A stretch of 32,000 bases of DNA, taken from NCBI RefSeq assembly GCF_000172995.2, contig NC_014732.1:1-32000 (forward strand), in the 5' to 3' direction. The notes beneath the pieces are model-generated. The model worked only from the letters and a program-made list of their open reading frames with translations. It was not told the origin of the DNA and made no database searches. A program made the position numbers and the translations under genes. This document shows, piece after piece, positions 8,723 to 15,982 of the stretch. Source of the DNA: Halogeometricum borinquense DSM 11551 (GTDB taxonomy: Archaea > Halobacteriota > Halobacteria > Halobacteriales > Haloferacaceae). Each line of letters begins with the position of its first letter. The first letter of the stretch is position 1.

Positions 8723-9166
8723 TACTCAGACCGCATCTCGTTTCGACAGTCGGTCAGCGGCGGTCAACACGGACCCCTGTGCGACCGAACTCTGCGCCGC
8801 GACCCGTCGCGCCCGTACACATTACGGTGAACACTGGGGAAAGGTATGGTTATACGGGATGAAACACCCGCACAATGGAACGGGTGTCTGGTTAGCCGCC
8901 GAAACAATCATCATCACCCCAGCATCGGTGTGCCAGTAGAGATTCAGTTGTCTCTCGCTATCGTCGCGCCCGAAACGATAGCGACTCCCGAAACGAAGGC
9001 CACCGAACCGTACCACAGACCCATTCTACCGCCTCGGTGTGTTACACTGCTAATAACCAAAGATGTCTTCAACGTTCACACAAAGCGTGATGTTCGTTCT
9101 CCGAGCAGTCCGCACAGGACGCAAAGATAAACCAGCGCGGCAGTCGCAACCGGGGGGCTGACAACC

Positions 9167-11038
9167 GTGTCTCCCTCACAGAGCCAACACGCTGACTCGA
9201 CGTCCCCACGCTGGACGAGAGTACTCCTCGTCGTCGGATTCCTCGGCCTTGCCGGTGGCGTCCTTACAGCACGGGCGGACCCTGCGACCGGATACGAAGT
9301 GTCAGTGTACGCGGCGACGCCGCCCGCATTCTGGGTCGGTATCATTGGCGCAGCAACCATCGGTACTGTCGTGGCACTGTTCGACCGCGATCTCGGTCGA
9401 ATCACCGGTGTCAGCCTCACAGGCCTGAGTACGGTATCGTTCCTCGCACTCCCGCTTTTCCGAGGATACTACTTCTTCGGGTCGGGCGACGCACTGACAC
9501 ATCTCGGCTGGGCAAAGCAGATGCTCGGTCCCGAGTTCGGATTCTTCGACCTCATCTATCCCGGCGGGCACTCACTCGGTGTGTTCCTCTCACAGACGAT
9601 GGGCGTCCCGGTCAGGTGGGGAATGATGTACGCGATGCTTACGATGTCGGTGCTGACGTTGCTTTTCGTCCCCTTGGCCGTGTGGGTAGTCGTGCGTGAC
9701 TCACGTGCGGTCATCATCGCGGCGTTCACGGCCATGCTGATGCTGCCGATCAACAACATCAGTACACACTCGCACTTCCACACGTACACGCTGACGACGC
9801 TGTACTTCCCGTTTGTTCTCTACTTACTGTTCAAGCATCTCACTCGTGACGCAGAAGACGTATCGCTTCCGAGTTGGACCGCAGCAACCAGCCTCGTCTT
9901 ACCAATCGCGCTGGCGGCGAACGTGTTCTATCATCCGCAGGTAGCGGTGAACGTCCTCATATTCATGGGAACCGTACTCGCGGTCGGTGTCGCGTGGCGC
10001 CGTCGCGTCCGTGTAACGCAGCCAGCGGCGGCGGACGGCGGGCAACGCCATCGACTGATACTCGGACAGGTCATCTTCCTCACGGTCCTCCTCGGGGTGT
10101 GGGCGACGCAGTACCAGCAGACGTTCACGCTGCTGAACAACGTCTACCTGTCCGCACAGGCGTTTCTGACGACTGGAACCGGTGCAGGACAGGTCGCCGC
10201 AGAGCGCGGGGGTTCAGCACAAGCAATCGGTGTCAGCCTCGTCGAACTGTTCGTCAAACTGTTCGCAGTCAACGCGCTGTACATCGCCTTGGCGGCCGGT
10301 TTGGTGGCCGCGCTAGTGTTCGGGATGATCCAGAATCGATCCGACAGCGACATGGCCGTGACCTACATCGGCTTCTCTGCGCTGACGCTCGGACCGTTTT
10401 TCGCCGTGCAGTTCATCGGCGACGTGTCAGGGTACTTCTTCCGGCACCTCGGATTCGCCATGGTTCTCGTCGGTATCGTCGGCGCAATCGCGCTCTATCA
10501 CCTCTCTGATACGCTCCAAGACACAATTAGAGGACGGAGGAAGGCTATCGTCGCGGTACTCACCGTGGCTGTGCTGTGTCTCTCGCTCGCAGCGTACTTC
10601 CCCTCGCCGTACATCTACAACCCCTCGCCGCAAAGCCCCGAACAGCAGTTCGTCGGCTACGACACCACCTTCGAACACCGGGCGGAAGGGGCCGCCGTGG
10701 CGGGCATTCGATCAGGTCCGGGGCGCTTCAGCGACGCACTGAACGACGACTTCGACCCCCGTCTGATGTGGACGCTGTCTGGAGAGCAGTTCAACAGTGC
10801 AGAGAACGTGACGCAGTTCAGGCAGTACTCGTATTCGGAGCAGCCGTTTTACTATCTCGTGGTATCCGAAAAAGACAAAGACCGCGAGTTGGACGCGTTT
10901 CGGTCGCTTCGATACCAAGAAGCAGACTTCGAACGCATCACGGACGGGGGCGAATCCGCGAATCTCACAGATCCACACGAACGGTGGGTTCGACGCCTAC
11001 TACGTCAATCAGCGCGGGAACTCACTGGAACCGCCTGA
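9167..11038 (+). CDS. Polytopic membrane protein (~13-14 TM) with ~160-aa C-terminal soluble domain; family unknown (candidate GT-C-type transferase or Wzy-like polymerase)
   Basis: 623-aa ORF with GTG start. Many hydrophobic segments read by eye, for example WTRVLLVVGFLGLAGGVLTA, WGMMYAMLTMSVLTLLFVPLAVWVVV and FAVNALYIALAAGLVAALVFGMI. Loop 'RGYYFFGSGDALTHLGW'. The hydrophilic C-terminus starts at ~'YFPSPYIYNPSPQ'. No WWDXG motif. Confidence 0.85.
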   Translation: MSPSQSQHADSTSPRWTRVLLVVGFLGLAGGVLTARADPATGYEVSVYAATPPAFWVGIIGAATIGTVVALFDRDLGRITGVSLTGLSTVSFLALPLFRGYYFFGSGDALTHLGWAKQMLGPEFGFFDLIYPGGHSLGVFLSQTMGVPVRWGMMYAMLTMSVLTLLFVPLAVWVVVRDSRAVIIAAFTAMLMLPINNISTHSHFHTYTLTTLYFPFVLYLLFKHLTRDAEDVSLPSWTAATSLVLPIALAANVFYHPQVAVNVLIFMGTVLAVGVAWRRRVRVTQPAAADGGQRHRLILGQVIFLTVLLGVWATQYQQTFTLLNNVYLSAQAFLTTGTGAGQVAAERGGSAQAIGVSLVELFVKLFAVNALYIALAAGLVAALVFGMIQNRSDSDMAVTYIGFSALTLGPFFAVQFIGDVSGYFFRHLGFAMVLVGIVGAIALYHLSDTLQDTIRGRRKAIVAVLTVAVLCLSLAAYFPSPYIYNPSPQSPEQQFVGYDTTFEHRAEGAAVAGIRSGPGRFSDALNDDFDPRLMWTLSGEQFNSAENVTQFRQYSYSEQPFYYLVVSEKDKDRELDAFRSLRYQEADFERITDGGESANLTDPHERWVRRLLRQSARELTGTA

Positions 11039-11249
11039 GAAAACGACCAGTTAACTTGCTTTTAAACGGGGTGAGTCGTCTCCGTTTCACCTCTCGTAGG
11101 GTCTGCAACGGAGTATTTATTCGACGGCCATCGTCGTACACGCACCTCTGTGATGTCGTGCAGGCGCGACAGTAGCCGCAGTGAGTTTCAGCACAGTACC
11201 GTGTAACTGCCTCATTACTATATCTTCAAGAGACACCAGTTGGTCTATA

Positions 11250-12305
11250 ATGCGGGCGACAGACGTTCTGTTAGTTGGACCAGCCGGTACGACCGGTGGT
11301 ATCGCGCAGTATATCCAAGAGCAACGCCGTCGCCTCCCTCGGAGCGTCTCCGCTCGAACCTACGACGTTTCCGTCCCGACGAGCGACTCGATCCGAGCGT
11401 TTGCCGTGGCGATACTCCTCGCGTTCGTGCAGATACTTCGCTTCCCGTTCAGACGCCGACCGGACGTGGTTCACGTCCACTCCAGTCACTGGAACTCGTT
11501 CTACCAGTCGGGTCTGTACGTTCTCCTCGCGTCTACAATCTGGCGCGTCCCCGTCGTCCTCCATATCCACGGGTCGTCGTTCGACTCGTTCATGCAGACG
11601 GAGTCGAAGCCGGTTCGCCTCTTTCAGTCGGTCGTTTTCTCGCAGTGTGACAGAGTCATCGTCCTCTCGGACTACTGGCGAGACATCGTCGGCGTCCGGG
11701 CCGCAGAGGAGAAAATAACCGTCCTCCCGAACGCCGTCGATCCCGACGAGTACGACCCGCGATACGATGCGTCGCCGCCGCATCTCGTCTTTATTTCGAA
11801 CCATATCGAACGCAAGGGCATCAAAGAGCTCGTCGAGGCCGTAGACACGCTGATGCGGAACGACGAGAACTGCCGTGTCACTATCGGCGGGAGCGGTCCG
11901 CTGTCGCACCTCGCAGCAGATATCGCGGAGCGACACGAACGGGTGAGCTACGAAGGATACGTCTCCGAGGAGCGGAAACGTGAAATCTTGAACGATAGCT
12001 CAATGTTCGTGCTACCCACGTACGCCGAAAATCTCCCCATCGCACTGTTAGAGGCGATGGCGGGCGGGAACGTGCTCGTCTCGACGACGGTCGGTGCGAT
12101 CCCCAGCCTCATCAACGATGACAACGGCGTCCTCGTCGAACCGGGCAACGCGACGGCGCTGGCGGCGACGCTGTCAGACCTCGTTCACGACCCAGAGCGC
12201 GTCGAACAGATGGCACAGACGAGTCGGGAGCGAGTCGAACAAAACTATTCGTGGGCCGTCGCCACCGAGCGACTCGACGACCTCTACCGCGAACTCGCGC
12301 ACTGA
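11250..12305 (+). CDS. GT4-family (GT-B, Glycos_transf_1) glycosyltransferase
   Basis: 'VHVHSSHW...VVLHIHGS' in the N-domain. C-domain 'VLPTYAENLPIALLEAMAGGNVLVSTTVGAIP' carries the E-x7-E motif. I place the start at the ATG at 11250 (MRATDVLLVGPAG). A TATA-like 'ttactatat' sits at 11215-11223. Confidence 0.9.
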   Translation: MRATDVLLVGPAGTTGGIAQYIQEQRRRLPRSVSARTYDVSVPTSDSIRAFAVAILLAFVQILRFPFRRRPDVVHVHSSHWNSFYQSGLYVLLASTIWRVPVVLHIHGSSFDSFMQTESKPVRLFQSVVFSQCDRVIVLSDYWRDIVGVRAAEEKITVLPNAVDPDEYDPRYDASPPHLVFISNHIERKGIKELVEAVDTLMRNDENCRVTIGGSGPLSHLAADIAERHERVSYEGYVSEERKREILNDSSMFVLPTYAENLPIALLEAMAGGNVLVSTTVGAIPSLINDDNGVLVEPGNATALAATLSDLVHDPERVEQMAQTSRERVEQNYSWAVATERLDDLYRELAH

Positions 12306-12476
12306 CAGACGACGGCGACCGACGAGTGCGGCCTCGGATCAGCAATAACTATCTTGATTGGTCGGCCATAAACACCCTGACCGTAGACGTTCGAACGGCA
12401 GTGAAACCGGCGTGAAGCATACCCTAACCTGGAATACAGCCCATAACTAAGCGTTAACCGAGACGAGACAGACTCG

Positions 12477-14072
12477 GTGAACGATACGTATGATGAAACT
12501 CGCCGAGCGTTCGTCTTGGGCCTCGACGGAGTTCCGTGGGGACTCCTCGAACGCCTCGTGGACGACGGCGAGTTACCGAACTTCGAACGCCTCCTGAACG
12601 AGGGAGCGTCGGGCCCGCTCCGGAGTACGGTTCCCGCGAACACGCCCGTCGCATGGCCCTCCATCGCAACGGGGACGTGGCCCGACAAGCACGGACTGTA
12701 CGAGTTCATGAAACTCAATGCCGCGTACAAGCAGTCGCCGTACTCCAGCGCGGACATCGATCAACCACCGCTCTGGGAACTCGTCTCTCCGTCGGTTGTC
12801 GCCAACGTCCCGATGACGTATCCGACGAGCGACCCCGGCGAAGACAGCGGCATCGTCAGCGGTATGATGACACCGCAGATAGATGGTGCGGCCGTCAATC
12901 CAGACTCGCTTCGCTCGGAATTCGACCGTCGGCTCCCGGATTACGAGATCGACATCAAATGGCGCGACTACGCGGGACGCAAAGCGGAGTTCCTTCGGGA
13001 TCTCGAAAACGTCCTCGACGGTCGTCGGCAGTTGATGGAGATGCTCATGGAGAACGAAGCGTGGCGACTGTTCTTCTTCGTCTACGTCGCTCCCGATAGA
13101 CTCCAGCACCTCATTTGGGACGAGGAAACGCTCCGTGAGCACTACGGGAAACTCGACGAAATCCTCGGTGACGTAATGGCGTACTGTGAGGAGCGCGATT
13201 CGAATCTCTACGTGGTCTCCGATCACGGCTTTGCGCCCATCGAGAAAGTCATCAGTGTCAACCGGATTCTCGCGGACGAAGGGCTGTTAACCGTCAAAGA
13301 CAGCGACGGGACGCGCGGTGCGCTATCGAGTATCGGGCTGAACAAAGCGCGCGTGCAGAGTGCGCTAAAGAGCGTCGGAATCACGGACGAAAAGCTAGTC
13401 CGGAGCCTGCCAAAGTCCGTTGTGGACTTCTTCGCAGAACGCATCCCCGGCAGTCACGGACTGTACGACGTGGAGTTCGACCGGACGGACGCCTTCCTCC
13501 ACGGCCTCGGAAGCGTCTACATCAACGACACCGAGCGATTCGAACAGGGGACCGTCCCGCCGACGGCCGTCGAACGGACGAAGTGCGAGGTCATAGGCGT
13601 TCTCGAAGCGGCGACGGACCCCGAAACGGGAGACTCACTGCTCACCGTCCACGACGGGGACGAACTGTTCCCAAATGATCCAGAAGCGCCGGATATCGTG
13701 GTCGAAGCAAAGGACGGCTATCACGTCGAACCGAAACTCGGAGAGCGCGCAGTCGAACCTGCGACGGATATCGCCGCGTACCATCGGCCGGAAGGCATTT
13801 TCTTCGCGTGGGGTGACGACGTTCGCTCCGGTGCGACAGTCGAAGACGCCGAGGTCGTGGACGTGGCACCGACAGTTCTCCACTCGCTCGGACAGGAGAT
13901 CCCCGAGATGGCGGATGGTCGAGTTCTCGCAGAGATGTTCCGGTCCGACTCCGAACCGGCGACGACCGCCGTCCAGACGGGGCGGTACGCGAAACGCGAG
14001 GGTGCAAAAGCAACGGAGACGGACACCGAGACGGTCGAGGACCGGCTTCGCGGACTCGGGTATATGGAGTGA
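12477..14072 (+). CDS. Alkaline-phosphatase-superfamily type I phosphodiesterase / nucleotide pyrophosphatase-like enzyme, cytoplasmic
   Basis: 'AFVLGLDGVPWGLL', 'STVPANTPVAWPSIATGTWPDKHG' (Thr nucleophile context as in NPP/PF01663) and 'VVSDHGF'. GTG start at 12477. No signal peptide. C-terminal tail 'VEDRLRGLGYME'. Confidence 0.85.
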   Translation: MNDTYDETRRAFVLGLDGVPWGLLERLVDDGELPNFERLLNEGASGPLRSTVPANTPVAWPSIATGTWPDKHGLYEFMKLNAAYKQSPYSSADIDQPPLWELVSPSVVANVPMTYPTSDPGEDSGIVSGMMTPQIDGAAVNPDSLRSEFDRRLPDYEIDIKWRDYAGRKAEFLRDLENVLDGRRQLMEMLMENEAWRLFFFVYVAPDRLQHLIWDEETLREHYGKLDEILGDVMAYCEERDSNLYVVSDHGFAPIEKVISVNRILADEGLLTVKDSDGTRGALSSIGLNKARVQSALKSVGITDEKLVRSLPKSVVDFFAERIPGSHGLYDVEFDRTDAFLHGLGSVYINDTERFEQGTVPPTAVERTKCEVIGVLEAATDPETGDSLLTVHDGDELFPNDPEAPDIVVEAKDGYHVEPKLGERAVEPATDIAAYHRPEGIFFAWGDDVRSGATVEDAEVVDVAPTVLHSLGQEIPEMADGRVLAEMFRSDSEPATTAVQTGRYAKREGAKATETDTETVEDRLRGLGYME

Positions 14073-14092
14073 CCCACCGGGATCGATGGCGA

Positions 14093-15691
14093 ATGACACG
14101 CGACGACAGTCGGACGTTCACGCGTCGTCGTCTCCTCGGTCTCCTCGGAAGTGCGGGCGTCGCCTCCCTCGCAGGATGCGGCGGGCGTGACACGACGCCG
14201 ACAGCAACCCCGGAGAAACCCGGTCCATTCAAGCAAACGTCGGACAGTCCCGATGAAAATCCGAGGATGCGGGACGGAATCGGGTTCGACCGCGTAGTGA
14301 ACGCGGTCGATGACCTCAGCTGGGATCCGAGCGGTGAAGAAGCGATAGACGACTCATTAGATCAGACTCTCCGCGAAGGGACGCTTATCGAAGTTCCGCC
14401 GGGCACGTACCGCGTCAAGCGGCGGCACGACGTCGAAGGCGTCTCCAGATGGGGAATCGTCGGAATCGGAACGAACCGGCGGGCCGTGCAGTTTACGCCT
14501 CCAACAGGCCGATCGTTCCGCTGGCTAATGGTCGATGGCGGGAGTGACATCCTCATCAAGAACTTCACCATGCAACAGGGTCGCAAGTTCGACCGGTCCA
14601 TCGGGATGGGTTTTCTCGTCGACGATGGACTCAAACTGTACAACGTCGAGAAGGCCGGATCGAACCCGCGGGAGAACTCCGGGTCCGGCGCGGAGAACGG
14701 TATCGTCGTTCAGGTAACGAAGCCCGACGGCGTCGCCGTCGTCGATACGTTTGTCCGCAAAGGACCGCAGGACTTCGCACACTACCCCGGTAACGCCATC
14801 ACCGTATTCACCGGCCGCGGGCACCTCGGGACAGTGTACTATCGAAACCTCCACATCGAGAACGGCGGCGAACACGGTATCTACGCCTCGAAAGGACAAG
14901 GAAACGTCCGCGTCGAAGGCGGGTTGTTCAAGAACAACCTCGGGGACGGCGTCCGAATCGCCGGAGAGGGATCATGGGTGAAAGGTGCCACCGTCGTCAT
15001 CGACATGGACGACCGGACTCCCGGAAACCGGGGGAACTGGCACCAAGCAAGAGGAATCCACCTACAGTCGGGCGAGTACGGTTACACCGGCGGACTGGTC
15101 GAAGACTGTACGGTTATTGCACACGCGTCGCCGCGGACAGAAGCCCTCCTAAAGATAGAACACAGCCAAGGAGCTGCGACAGTCAGAAATTGTCGCTTCT
15201 TCAATAATACGGATTACCGTACAATCGTCGTAGACAAGCCGGCGACAGGCCCCCAACAGCCGAAAAAGCCGTGGGAGGTGACGTTCGAGAACATCGAAAT
15301 ATCCGGTCGTGCGTCGAACACCGTTGCGATGCTTCTCGAAGACCGCCCCGGTTCGAAGATTTCGAACGTGACGATTGACCTACCGAGTGTCGGCGTAGAC
15401 GGAATCGTCCTCAACAACTGCGAAGGGACCGTCATCGACAACATGAACGTCGTCACAGGGGGCTATCCCCTGCGAGTGTCGAGTAACAGCGACGGAGAGC
15501 AGTGTCTCGTGACACTCAAAAACCTCCGTCGTCTCAAGTCGTCGCTGCTGTCCGACGCTGATACGGAACAACTCGCAAGTTCGCTCTCGGGGTCCACTTG
15601 TCTGGATGGGAACGACACAGCGAAGCAAACGTTCGCCGTGATCGGCGCAAACGACGACCGCCTCTACGGGACGGTTCTCGACGAGCAGTAA
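14093..15691 (+). CDS. Tat-exported lipoprotein with right-handed parallel beta-helix (pectate-lyase-3-like) domain; paralog of the next gene
   Basis: 'MTRDDSRTFTRRRLLGLLGSAGVASLAGCGG' is a twin-arginine signal plus lipobox. N-terminal motif 'FDRVVNAVDDLSWDPSGEEAIDDSL...GTLIEVPPGTYRV'. PbH1-like repeats (IKNFTM, YRNLHIENGGEHGIY, FKNNLGDGVRI, VEDCTVI, VRNCRFFNN, LNNCEGTVIDNMNV). An alternative GTG at 14069 overlaps the upstream stop (GTGA). Confidence 0.85.
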   Translation: MTRDDSRTFTRRRLLGLLGSAGVASLAGCGGRDTTPTATPEKPGPFKQTSDSPDENPRMRDGIGFDRVVNAVDDLSWDPSGEEAIDDSLDQTLREGTLIEVPPGTYRVKRRHDVEGVSRWGIVGIGTNRRAVQFTPPTGRSFRWLMVDGGSDILIKNFTMQQGRKFDRSIGMGFLVDDGLKLYNVEKAGSNPRENSGSGAENGIVVQVTKPDGVAVVDTFVRKGPQDFAHYPGNAITVFTGRGHLGTVYYRNLHIENGGEHGIYASKGQGNVRVEGGLFKNNLGDGVRIAGEGSWVKGATVVIDMDDRTPGNRGNWHQARGIHLQSGEYGYTGGLVEDCTVIAHASPRTEALLKIEHSQGAATVRNCRFFNNTDYRTIVVDKPATGPQQPKKPWEVTFENIEISGRASNTVAMLLEDRPGSKISNVTIDLPSVGVDGIVLNNCEGTVIDNMNVVTGGYPLRVSSNSDGEQCLVTLKNLRRLKSSLLSDADTEQLASSLSGSTCLDGNDTAKQTFAVIGANDDRLYGTVLDEQ

Positions 15692-15874
15692 GACGCCGAC
15701 CGAACCGACAATTACAGTCGGCATATCTCTTCTGATCTGCAGTTAATGCTTGATTAACGCATTTTCAGACCGTCTACGCACACACCGTGCTGTTTGTCAC
15801 ACTATGCCAAATGTGCCGGGAGAAGCCGGAACAGGTAAGTAAACGCTCCGTTAGAATCGGTTATGTAGATGAAA

Positions 15875-15895
15875 ATTAGATATTCAAGATCTAAT
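15875..15895. promoter_or_regulatory. Inverted repeat ATTAGAT-n7-ATCTAAT in the AT-rich upstream region; candidate regulator binding site
   Basis: The 7-bp arms (15875-15881 and 15889-15895) are perfect reverse complements. Located ~100 nt upstream of the ATG at 15983. Confidence 0.35.
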
Positions 15896-15954
15896 GAAAG
15901 TCGCTATATTTTTGGTATTATTCCTAACTAATACGCCATGGAATAATCGATGCA

Positions 15955-15962
15955 TTTAATAT
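15955..15962 (+). promoter_or_regulatory. TATA-like box TTTAATAT ~25 nt upstream of the ATG at 15983 (leaderless-type promoter)
   Basis: It lies in a ~140-nt stretch (15841-15980) that I count at 44/140 = 31% G+C, against visibly GC-rich flanking coding sequence. Confidence 0.45.
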
Positions 15963-15982
15963 CTTAAGCTGAGTCTAAACAG

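Noticed and set aside
9167-11038. Calling the 623-aa membrane protein AglB/STT3
   Set aside because: It has no WWDXG motif, is much shorter than haloarchaeal AglB, and its C-terminal domain shows no recognisable DK/MI motif. It is kept only as an unassigned candidate.
14028-14069. Whether the LGYME/LGYL tails are proteasome-docking HbYX motifs
   Set aside because: HbYX requires Tyr at the penultimate position. In two of the three tails Tyr is third from the end (Y-M-E). In the third tail the preceding residue is Gly rather than a hydrophobic residue.
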